Shown: in pieces, positions 55,958 through 64,000 of the stretch
Position numbering within the stretch: the stretch's first letter is position 1
Layout of the letters: each line of letters opens with the position of its first letter
NCBI GenBank assembly: GCA_963674755.2
Contig: CAXXVS010000002.1
Location: forward strand, 2,016,001 to 2,080,000
Length of the DNA stretch: 64,000 nucleotides
Direction of reading: 5' to 3'
From: Desulfobacterales bacterium
GTDB taxonomy: Bacteria; Desulfobacterota; Desulfobacteria; Desulfobacterales; UBA5852
Translations under genes and position numbers: made by a program
Notes under the pieces: generated by a model
What the model saw: the letters and a program-made list of their open reading frames with translations, nothing else
Told to the model about the DNA's origin: nothing
Databases searched by the model: none

Positions 55958-57871
55958 TCAGGATGCCGACGCATCGGCACCACGGTCGATCGTTTCCAGT
56001 TGTTCCCAGCGTTCATAGGCCCTGGCCAGGGCCTCCTCCACTTCCGCGAGACGTACTTTGGCTTTGGAAACGGCCTGCCCGTCGGACTGATAGGTCGACG
56101 GATCCGCCAGGGTTTCAAAAAGCCTCACCTGTTCGCCTTCCAGGCGTTCGATCAGATCCGGGAATTGGGTCAATTCGCGTCTTTCATTGTAGGAAAGTTT
56201 GCGCGGCCCTTGCCGCACAGCGCGCGGCGGGCGCTCCGGACGGCCTTTTTTTCGCGGCGCAGGGGGGATATTCTGAGGGCGCTGCCGCTGCCAGTCATCG
56301 TAGCCGCCGATATATTCCGCCACCCGATCCTGCCCTTCAAACACCAAGGTACTGGTCACCACGTTGTCCAGAAACGCCCGGTCATGACTGACCAGCAGGA
56401 CCGTGCCCTCGAAATCCACCAGCAGGTGTTCCAGCAGCTCGATGGTCTCCATGTCAAGGTCATTGGTGGGCTCATCCAGCACCAGCAGGTTGGCGGGTTT
56501 GGCAAACAGTTTGGCCAGCAGGAGACGGTTGCGTTCGCCGCCCGAAAGAACGCGCACCGGTGAGCGCGCCTTGTCCGGGGTGAACAGAAAATCTTTCAGA
56601 TAGCCAATGATGTGTCTTGGCTGGCCGTTGATAATCACCTTGTCGGCACCGTCGGCAATGTTGTCTTGGAGCGACCGATCGGAATCAAGTTGGGCCCGCA
56701 TCTGGTCGAAGTAGGCCGGCTGCAAACGGGTGCCGTGCCGCAGCTGTCCGGTGGCCGGGAGCAGCTGCCCCAAGAGAACCTTCAGGAGGGTCGATTTGCC
56801 GCACCCGTTGGGGCCGATCACCCCCACTTTGTCACCGCGCAGAATCACCGTCTTGAAGTCGCTGAAAACGGTCTGTCCCCCATAGGCGAAGCTCAATCCT
56901 TCGGCCTCGATCACCAGCCGGCCGCTGCGCTCGGCTTCCTGGGCCAGGAGCCGGACATTGCCCACCTGCTCCACACGGGCCTGCCGTTCGGCACGCAACG
57001 TCTTAAGGGCCCGCACACGCCCCTCGTTTCTCCGCCGACGGGCTTTGACACCCTGGCGGATCCAGGCTTCTTCTTCGGCCAACTTTTTGTCCTGGCGGTG
57101 GTTTTGCCGGGCTTCGGCATCCAGGCGGGCTTCTTTGCGCTGGAGATAGGTGGCGTAGTCGCAACGCCAGGAGCTCAGGCGGCCGCGGTCCAGCTCGAGG
57201 ATGCGCGTCGCCAGCCGCTGTAAAAAGACGCGATCGTGGGAAACGAACAGCAGGGTACCGCGCCAACTCCGGAGCATGGCCTCTAGCTGCTCGATATTGG
57301 CCATATCCAGGTGGTTCGTAGGCTCGTCCAGCAGGAGGATATCCGGCCTTGCCGCGAGGGCGCGAGCCAGCAGAACCCGCCGCTGCAGGCCCACCGAGAG
57401 GGTCGTGAAATCCTTTTCGGCCGGCAGGTTCATCTGGGATAGCAGGGTCTCGACCTCCCGCCCGGCATCCCACCCCCGGGCGGCATCCAGGGCTTGATGG
57501 ACTGCGTCCAAGCGGCGGGCGACGTCTTCCTGATCGTCCTGCCGGGCCAATTGGTCGCTCAGGTGGTGGTAGACGGTCAGAAGCGCCCCGCGCTCCCCTA
57601 ACCCCTCGGCCACCACCTCGGAAACGGATCCTTCCAAATGGGCTGGAATCTCCTGGGGCAGGCGTGCCCAGCGGATACCCGGGGGGGATTCCACGGTCCC
57701 GCTGTCCGGGGGCTGCTCGCCGCTGATCACCTTGAGCAAAGTGGTCTTGCCGGCCCCGTTGCGGCCGAGCACACCGATCCGTTCGCCGGATTCGATCTGC
57801 AAACTGACATCCGCCAGCAGCGACTTTCCACCGAAACCGTAATCAATATGGTGCAGCGTCCGGATGGCCAT
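55958..57871 (-). CDS. uup: ABC-F family ATPase, Uup-like
   Basis: Two ABC domains, [23 protein letters not shown] linker, C-terminal KLSYNE..EL coiled coil. Confidence 0.9.
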   Translation of the reverse strand: MAIRTLHHIDYGFGGKSLLADVSLQIESGERIGVLGRNGAGKTTLLKVISGEQPPDSGTVESPPGIRWARLPQEIPAHLEGSVSEVVAEGLGERGALLTVYHHLSDQLARQDDQEDVARRLDAVHQALDAARGWDAGREVETLLSQMNLPAEKDFTTLSVGLQRRVLLARALAARPDILLLDEPTNHLDMANIEQLEAMLRSWRGTLLFVSHDRVFLQRLATRILELDRGRLSSWRCDYATYLQRKEARLDAEARQNHRQDKKLAEEEAWIRQGVKARRRRNEGRVRALKTLRAERQARVEQVGNVRLLAQEAERSGRLVIEAEGLSFAYGGQTVFSDFKTVILRGDKVGVIGPNGCGKSTLLKVLLGQLLPATGQLRHGTRLQPAYFDQMRAQLDSDRSLQDNIADGADKVIINGQPRHIIGYLKDFLFTPDKARSPVRVLSGGERNRLLLAKLFAKPANLLVLDEPTNDLDMETIELLEHLLVDFEGTVLLVSHDRAFLDNVVTSTLVFEGQDRVAEYIGGYDDWQRQRPQNIPPAPRKKGRPERPPRAVRQGPRKLSYNERRELTQFPDLIERLEGEQVRLFETLADPSTYQSDGQAVSKAKVRLAEVEEALARAYERWEQLETIDRGADASAS

Positions 57872-58184
57872 TGCGTACTCGTTTTCTCTCTTGTCCGTAG
57901 CGTCTTATGCTCTGTCTGGCGTCATTGAAAACAATGACGGATAGCGGATGGCGTCCAACCTGTCAAATCCTCTCCATAAGGGTCTATGGGCGCTTCTGCC
58001 GGTTGTTTGATCGGCGCAGCACAACCCCGAAACCGATGGTGTTCAGCAGAATACACCGCCCAAGGCCATCTGCAACGGGCAGATCAACCCCAACGGACAA
58101 ATCAGGGGAATCAGCAGGACATCGGTCCGGCTTCGCGTAAGCATCGCGACCTATTGGAAAATGATCGAACAGTGGTTCATCCGG

Positions 58185-58856
58185 TCACCGTCGATCCCCC
58201 GGATGATAGCGATAAAGGGTTTTGGTTACGACAGGGCGGATCGCCTGCGGTGTGACAATACCCCGCAAGTTGACATGATCGGTCTCGGGGAATTCCTCAC
58301 CATTATAAAGCAGGATCAGGCCATCCACCAGGGGCGGATCCAGTTGGGGTTGCAGAAAGGTGGCGGCAAGCATGTAGTAGGTCGTCAGGCCGCCGGCCGA
58401 CCCCTGGAAAAACCCCTGCAAGGCGTTCCGCTGGGGGTCAATCATGTTGATGACCGCCAGGCGGTAGTTGCGCTGGGCCACTGCAAAGCGATGGACCCCC
58501 TCGACTTCGAATCGAATCGCAGCCTCCCGGCGGCCGCTGTCACTGCGGAAGTAGGTCCGGCCGAGGTGGTCTCCCAGAGCAGTCAGCGCGTCTGTGGGCG
58601 ACATCGCCGCGTCCAGGGGGAATGGCCGGGGCGCGGCCAGATAATCCTGGGAATCGGGTTCGAACACATAGACCTTTACGGCCCCGATGCGATCCACCGG
58701 GGGAGGTCCCGGGACCGGGGGCGACTCACGGCATCCCTGGAGCACCAGGGCCAGCCCCATGAAGGCCACCAGGAGAAGGGCCAGCCCTTGCCGTGGGCGC
58801 TCGTAGGCGCAACGGCGATTCGTTTCAGTCACGGAATTCCAGGAACAATTTTTCAT
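58185..58856 (-). CDS. Hypothetical lipoprotein (start uncertain)
   Basis: Hydrophobic stretch ending LQGC; follows the upstream gene in the same orientation. Confidence 0.6.
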   Translation of the reverse strand: MKNCSWNSVTETNRRCAYERPRQGLALLLVAFMGLALVLQGCRESPPVPGPPPVDRIGAVKVYVFEPDSQDYLAAPRPFPLDAAMSPTDALTALGDHLGRTYFRSDSGRREAAIRFEVEGVHRFAVAQRNYRLAVINMIDPQRNALQGFFQGSAGGLTTYYMLAATFLQPQLDPPLVDGLILLYNGEEFPETDHVNLRGIVTPQAIRPVVTKTLYRYHPGDRR

Positions 58857-59223
58857 TCTGCCCGTCGATCTCCGGTTCGTTGTTTTTCCAGTCGTAAATC
58901 CGGCAGGCGTCCGTCTGATCCGAGGGGATGGAGCAGCCGATGAAGGGCATCAGGGGATCACCGGCCGTGGATTTGAGATTGAGCATGAGGGCCTGGGATC
59001 GCGGGAAACGATCGAATTCGAGCAATTGAATAAAGAACACGCGGGTCTGTCCTTGGAAGAAATCACCTTTGTCCCGTATTTCCGCAATACGATCCTTGAA
59101 TTTGAGAAACGCGGTCTCCCCGTCCTGGGCTTCGATGATCAGGTCGAACTCACCATGGCGCCGTTCCTGTTCTTCGATTTCCTGTTGGTTGGTCAGGTAG
59201 AAAAATTTGCCGATAAAAATCAT
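58825..59223 (-). CDS. Hypothetical protein
   Basis: AAGGAG RBS; normal globular composition. Confidence 0.7.
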   Translation of the reverse strand: MIFIGKFFYLTNQQEIEEQERRHGEFDLIIEAQDGETAFLKFKDRIAEIRDKGDFFQGQTRVFFIQLLEFDRFPRSQALMLNLKSTAGDPLMPFIGCSIPSDQTDACRIYDWKNNEPEIDGQNEKLFLEFRD

Positions 59224-59520
59224 CGCTGATCTCCTTGATGAAGTAAGCCTCTCATGGGTGAGTAAAGAACAAACGCTTCCCGGATTTTTACCTCAACTGC
59301 CCGTTAACTGCAACTCTCCTTTATCTGTTATGGTTCGACCTGGGATGGTTTTTGCCCGCTGATGCCAATGTCCTGCGCCGGGGTCCATGTATACAAAGGC
59401 GCAGAACGGTTTGCGGTATGGCGATGTCGGCGCCGGGGGAATACCTTGCAGATCTTCTTCGAATGGCGTATGCTGCCCGCGCGAAACCAAACGGCATCCT
59501 TCGGGCAACGGCAGATAAAG

Positions 59521-59766
59521 ATGAAGCACCACTTCTTTTCCATTCTAATAGCGGCCGTCCTTTTGGCGGCCTGCGCCTCCCTTCCCCCCTATGACGCCGC
59601 GTTCTCCGACATTGACCAGGACCACGACGGCATCATCGAATGGCGCGAATTCCAGGCGTATTATCCGAACGCGGACCCCAAGACCTTCCTGGAAGCCGAT
59701 CGCAACAAGGATGGCGACATTACACCTGACGAATGGCGCGCCTATATCGAAGTCCAGGAACCCTGA
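59521..59766 (+). CDS. Small EF-hand lipoprotein
   Basis: Lipobox LAAC; EF loops DQDHDGIIEWRE and DRNKDGDITPDE. Confidence 0.85.
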   Translation: MKHHFFSILIAAVLLAACASLPPYDAAFSDIDQDHDGIIEWREFQAYYPNADPKTFLEADRNKDGDITPDEWRAYIEVQEP

Positions 59767-59827
59767 AGCATTTTCTGCAAAGCAGGCCATGCCCCTTCCG
59801 GGGACGACCGTGCCCCTGCCCACCCGG

Positions 59828-60913
59828 TTAGAACCCATCTAAGTGGGGGCAACCGCGGCATGGCGCCGGAGGCGCAAGCCGGCCGCGATATAGCCCTTGC
59901 AGTCGCGCGACCGCGCGTTCCAGCTTGGCCAGTCCGTCAAAATCCGGCTTGATGCCGTCCATCTGGTTCTGGTAGGCCTCGACCCGTTGTTGAAAAGCCT
60001 GCCGGAAAGCCCGGTAGTCCGGCGATTGCCAGATCTCATCCAGCGACTGTTCGGTGAGCCGTCCCATGATGACGCGGGGTGTTTCCACCAACTGCCCGTC
60101 CCTGAAGAGCGGAACGGTCCCTTTCAAGGGCGGGTTCAAATACACGCAGGGCGATACCGTGCCATCGGCCCCGACAAAGCAGTTTTCGAGGGGATTCTTG
60201 GGGCATACGGCCATTGGCTGCCCCTTCATGGAGGGCAGTCCTAAAGTCGTCCGATGCCAGAGCACCGACAGGCGCAGCCAAAACCATCGTGGAGGCGCCC
60301 GGCCCGTCGCGGGATAGGCGGACCATGCCGCCTGCTCCGATGCGACGCAATGGATGAAGTGCCCCACCTCGACCCGCTGCATGCCCAGCCGTTTCGCCAA
60401 TCCGAGGATAGGTAAAAGGGCCTGCCGGTTCGACCGCAACAGCAGATAGTTCATGAGCAGCGGCGGGTGGCCATCCGACCGGCAGCCGCTAAACAGGGCC
60501 GCTGATGCTGCGGCGCGCTGGAAGCTTCCCTCACCCCGCAGGGGATCCTGTTCAGCGGGCGAGGCGCCGGCAAAACTGAACGCCATCGAATCAAGGCCGG
60601 CGTCAATCAGCTCACGCGCCAGATCCGCTGTCATCGTGCTGCCATTGGAACTCAGGCTGACCGCGAGCCCGGCCTGTTTCACCTGCGCAACCAGCGCCGT
60701 ACAGTCTTCCCGCAGCAGCGATTCGCCCCAACCTTGGAGATGGACGGATCGCATCCGCGGCGCCAAATCCAGAAGCCGATCCAGAATGACGTGCGGCAAG
60801 TCGGTTTCCACCCAGCGTTCCGGATAGTGCCCGTAAAGACAGGTCCGGCACCGCAAATTGCATCGGCTGGTCAATTCGATTTGGAGGTGGTTGTAAAGCG
60901 GCAGATCGGGCAT
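59828..60913 (-). CDS. Radical SAM/SPASM-domain protein
   Basis: CNLRCRTC; QGWGESLL; C..P...FVGADGTVSPC; C-terminal CRGC. Confidence 0.9.
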   Translation of the reverse strand: MPDLPLYNHLQIELTSRCNLRCRTCLYGHYPERWVETDLPHVILDRLLDLAPRMRSVHLQGWGESLLREDCTALVAQVKQAGLAVSLSSNGSTMTADLARELIDAGLDSMAFSFAGASPAEQDPLRGEGSFQRAAASAALFSGCRSDGHPPLLMNYLLLRSNRQALLPILGLAKRLGMQRVEVGHFIHCVASEQAAWSAYPATGRAPPRWFWLRLSVLWHRTTLGLPSMKGQPMAVCPKNPLENCFVGADGTVSPCVYLNPPLKGTVPLFRDGQLVETPRVIMGRLTEQSLDEIWQSPDYRAFRQAFQQRVEAYQNQMDGIKPDFDGLAKLERAVARLQGLYRGRLAPPAPCRGCPHLDGF

Positions 60914-61000
60914 AGCTCAAGGGGGCATTTAGAGGCTCCCCGACCCGCCGGCGTCGGGCAAACGGGAGCGACGTTCAGCCCTCAAAACGATAGAAGCACC

Positions 61001-61597
61001 TCAATAGGATTCGATGATTTCACCTTTTTCAATATAGGCCCTGATTTCATGCTCCGCCTGTTCAAGGCTGCGCAGGGCCTGGCGATAGCCATGACAAACC
61101 GGATCGTCATCCCCGAGCGCGGCCTCAATTTTAGCCAGCACGGCCCGCCCCTGGTGCACGTGGGCCGCAATGTCTTCCAATATGACCTTGCGGCGGCGGT
61201 GGCGCTTGCGTTCCTCCTCGATGACAGGCATCAACCGCAAGATCGAATACTCTACCAGGGCGTCGCGGGGGGTATCGAAGGCATCGCAGGCTTCCTGAAG
61301 CATATTTAGCGTATGCCGGCTGAGAACATAGGTCTTCTGGACCCGTTCCGCGGGCTGGAAGTCGCTTTCCTGAACCTGGCGGGCAATCTTGGACAAGGTC
61401 TGGGCGTCTTCCATGAGGTGTTCGAACAGCGATTTCTGCTTGATGCCCAAATGGACCGCCACCACACTGATGGCGTCGATGGCCCGCGAGGTCAACCGGA
61501 AGGTGGCCCGCACCGATTGTTTGCCGCGCAGATCCGAGGATGACGGTCGCGGCAGTGAGAAGGCATCGAACGCTGCCGGCATCTTTTTTGTCTTCAT
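61001..61597 (-). CDS. Hypothetical protein with tandem ribbon-helix-helix-like units and a coiled coil
   Basis: Two strand-helix-helix patterns (SVRATFRL.. and VQKTYVL..); GAGGTGG RBS. Confidence 0.65.
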   Translation of the reverse strand: MKTKKMPAAFDAFSLPRPSSSDLRGKQSVRATFRLTSRAIDAISVVAVHLGIKQKSLFEHLMEDAQTLSKIARQVQESDFQPAERVQKTYVLSRHTLNMLQEACDAFDTPRDALVEYSILRLMPVIEEERKRHRRRKVILEDIAAHVHQGRAVLAKIEAALGDDDPVCHGYRQALRSLEQAEHEIRAYIEKGEIIESY

Positions 61598-61815
61598 GGG
61601 CCACCTCATTTACGCTGCAAGTATTATGCAAACCATTACTGCATTACTTATATATAAAACACCCTTATCAGTAATGCAACAGTCCTTCAGGCGCTTACCG
61701 CCGTGTTTCTTCGTGCCAGTCAGCCACAGGTCCCCCGGGCTTTGATGACTGGCAGAACCAAAGCACAGCGAGCTTGCAAAGGCGTGAACTTAAGGGGAAG
61801 AGAAAATGGGGGCGC

Positions 61816-62430
61816 TTAAGGCGTGGGTCTCAGCGCCCTGAGCGCCTTGGCAATGTCACGGCAAAGGCCTTCCAGGGCACGGCTTTGGGCATCCACGAGA
61901 CCGTCGTAGCCCTCCCCGGTGACGGCTTCCTGGATAATGGTGCGGCGCACCAGGAGAGGGGCATCGTCTTTTGGGCCGATGATCATCCAGGTGGCATTGA
62001 GGGATGCATACTCTCCCAGGCGGCCGTCGAACTGGCGGATATCCAGCGCGAGACGGACATCGGGCTGGAAATAACGTTCCCAGGGACGGGCCATGACCCG
62101 GTCGGTTTGCAAGAGCAGGGCGAGATTTTCTTCCATGACCCGGGTGACATTTTTCTCCAGGGATCCGCCCCAGCGGTGGAATTCATTTACTTCCAGGCGA
62201 TTGCGGCCGCTGCGCGTGACGATGGAGGGACGATTGAGTTCGTCCGGGAACTTGACCGGTCCGATACCGATGGACAGTGGCTCCGAGGTGGCCACCAGCG
62301 GCGCCGCTGGAGATGCCGCCATTGGGCGCAGGGTGTAGTAGACCGACGGCGGGGAGGTTCCGAAACACCCTGCCAGCCCGATGAGCAGCAAGCTTAGTGG
62401 CAAAAACTGCCATACACGTCTATTCGTCAT
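61816..62430 (-). CDS. pqiC: PqiC-like membrane-integrity lipoprotein
   Basis: Lipobox LAGC, YYTL, IGPVKFP..LNR..IV, HRWGGSL, IRQFDG; downstream of pqiB. Confidence 0.85.
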   Translation of the reverse strand: MTNRRVWQFLPLSLLLIGLAGCFGTSPPSVYYTLRPMAASPAAPLVATSEPLSIGIGPVKFPDELNRPSIVTRSGRNRLEVNEFHRWGGSLEKNVTRVMEENLALLLQTDRVMARPWERYFQPDVRLALDIRQFDGRLGEYASLNATWMIIGPKDDAPLLVRRTIIQEAVTGEGYDGLVDAQSRALEGLCRDIAKALRALRPTP

Positions 62431-64000
62431 TGTTTCTCACTTCCTTTCCCCTGGATCAGCGCTTCGGGATGACGATCAAGCAGATCCGCCAATTCGCTTA
62501 CCGCCCGTGCGGCGTCCCTCAATTCCTCCAGTGTGCTGCGCACCTCCCCCCGTAAGGGGGCATCCGCGCTGATCCATCCATTTAGGTCTTTGAGCACCAT
62601 ATTCATCTCGGCCAGCGCGGCATTGACCCGGGGCACCGTATCCGCATTCAGGGTTCGTGTAGTCGTTTCCAGATCAGCCAGTATCTTTTGCAATGATTGG
62701 ATACTGTTTCGCAAATCAGGGCCGTTCACCAAGTGGTTCATGCCGGCCATGGTGCGTTGCAGATCCCGGCCGATATCCTCCAGGGGCAACTGGTCGAGTT
62801 TCTTCGCAAACCGGGTGACGGCTTGGATGACTTCCCGGGAGTTCGAAGGCATACTCGGAATTATGGGTAGGCCTTTATAATATCGGATTTCGGCAGGAGG
62901 CACATCATCAAAAAACTTAAGATCGACGTAGAGTTGCCCGGTTAGCAAGCTGCCCGTATTCAACTGCGCGCGAAAGCCTTTGGCCAGCATGCGCTGCATG
63001 TTTTTTTTCAACTCCGCGCCATAGGCCACAGGCAGGTTCAACCGCTGCGGTTCGATACTGATCCGGACTGGAATCACAAAGTTGAGTTTCTCGTAATCCG
63101 CCAGCAGCTCAATGTCATCCACGACCCCGATCTGGAGCCCCTTGAACTCCACCGGCGCCCCGATGGAAAGCCCCCGTACCGATTCATGGAACTCGACGAT
63201 ATAATCGCGTTTGATCGTATAGCGGTCGTCGCGGGCTTTCTCGAAGGTCTCATAAAGCTTGAAAGCCGTCTCCGGCTTAGCCTCCGGGCCCGGATCCTCC
63301 CGGGAAAAGGTCTCAAACGCAAGACCGCCGATCAGCAACGAAACCACGGATTCGGTATCGACCCGCAGGCCGTTGGCGGTCAGATTGAAATCCAGACCAC
63401 TGGCCAGCCAGAAGCGGGTGTTCTCCCGCACGAAATGATAATAGGGGCTGTCGATGAAGATCTCGATACTGACATTGTCGCCATCCTTCCCCAAACTGTA
63501 GTCCACCACCTGTCCGACCTCGATCTGCCGGAAGTAGACCGGTGAGCCCGGGTTAAGCGATCCCAGACGCGAGCTCGCCAGGGTGAACTGGCGCCCTTTG
63601 GTTTCTCCGGTCACCATGGGCTCTTTTTCAAGCCCCTTGAAATGCCGTTGGGTCTTGCCGCCAAGACCGGGCTCGATGCCGATGTAGGCCCCTGAGAACA
63701 GTGTGCCCAGACCCGTGACCTGCCCCGCCGTCACTCGGGCCCGCACCACCCAGAAGCGCGTCTTGTCGGTGAGATATCCCTTGGCTTCCGGCACCATCTC
63801 GGCCGTCACGGTCACATGAGAGAAATCATTGCTCAGATCGATGGCGCTCACCTTGCCCAGTTCCACATCCTTATATTTGATCTTGGTCTTTCCGGCTTCC
63901 AGCCCCTCGGCCGACTGGAAACTGATGGTGATGGTCGGCCCCTTTTCGGTGAGTGCCTTGTAAGCCAGCCAGCCGCCGATCAGCAGCGCCACCAGCGGCA
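62427..64000 (-). CDS. pqiB: PqiB / multi-MCE-domain protein; N-terminus lies beyond the right edge
   Basis: AEGLEAGKTKIKYKDV, GLGTLFSGAYI, GSPVYFRQIEVG, GLSIGAPVEFKG, LLTGQLYV. Confidence 0.93.
   Translation of the reverse strand, partial: PLVALLIGGWLAYKALTEKGPTITISFQSAEGLEAGKTKIKYKDVELGKVSAIDLSNDFSHVTVTAEMVPEAKGYLTDKTRFWVVRARVTAGQVTGLGTLFSGAYIGIEPGLGGKTQRHFKGLEKEPMVTGETKGRQFTLASSRLGSLNPGSPVYFRQIEVGQVVDYSLGKDGDNVSIEIFIDSPYYHFVRENTRFWLASGLDFNLTANGLRVDTESVVSLLIGGLAFETFSREDPGPEAKPETAFKLYETFEKARDDRYTIKRDYIVEFHESVRGLSIGAPVEFKGLQIGVVDDIELLADYEKLNFVIPVRISIEPQRLNLPVAYGAELKKNMQRMLAKGFRAQLNTGSLLTGQLYVDLKFFDDVPPAEIRYYKGLPIIPSMPSNSREVIQAVTRFAKKLDQLPLEDIGRDLQRTMAGMNHLVNGPDLRNSIQSLQKILADLETTTRTLNADTVPRVNAALAEMNMVLKDLNGWISADAPLRGEVRSTLEELRDAARAVSELADLLDRHPEALIQGKGSEKQ

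Noticed and set aside
57920..57939. Palindrome CGTCATTG-AAAA-CAATGACG upstream of uup
   Set aside because: Single occurrence; an operator cannot be distinguished from chance
59521..60913. RiPP-like pairing of a small ORF with the radical SAM/SPASM gene
   Set aside because: The small ORF is a convergent EF-hand lipoprotein, not a precursor peptide; no RRE, peptidase or transporter nearby
1..64000. tRNA, rRNA, CRISPR arrays, prophage or defence genes
   Set aside because: None recognised by eye in this window

Overview
GC-rich (about 60%) bacterial chromosomal segment. Gene content and protein style suggest a sulfate-reducing Desulfobacterales-type deltaproteobacterium (inference). The left part is housekeeping: leuS (partial), RNase E/G, yajC-secD-secF-dprA-topA, and a branched-chain amino acid operon (ilvD-ilvB-ilvN-ilvC-cimA-leuA) with a clear Ile/Leu/Val leader-peptide attenuator. 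The centre (about 24.98-45.04 kb, all + strand) is the most unusual part. A sigma54-type promoter with candidate enhancer sites precedes an intact IS1595/IS1016-like transposase homologue that has lost its catalytic Asp motifs and shows no evident IS ends. Next comes a non-canonical chemosensory cluster: three REC-CheB proteins that all lack the catalytic triad, no CheR, a very long Cache MCP, a CheA with duplicated HPt/pseudo-HPt units, two paralogous HAMP-only membrane proteins and a Zn-ribbon ParA. The cluster runs directly into a TauE/SafE exporter and a sulfonate/nitrate-type ABC transporter. The right part holds c-di-GMP/chemotaxis accessories, trxA, lipAB, Mrp, uup, a radical SAM gene, a tandem RHH-like regulator and pqiBC. 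Four copies of a highly structured MITE-like repeat family are scattered through intergenic regions. All calls come from reading motifs by eye; no database searches were run.
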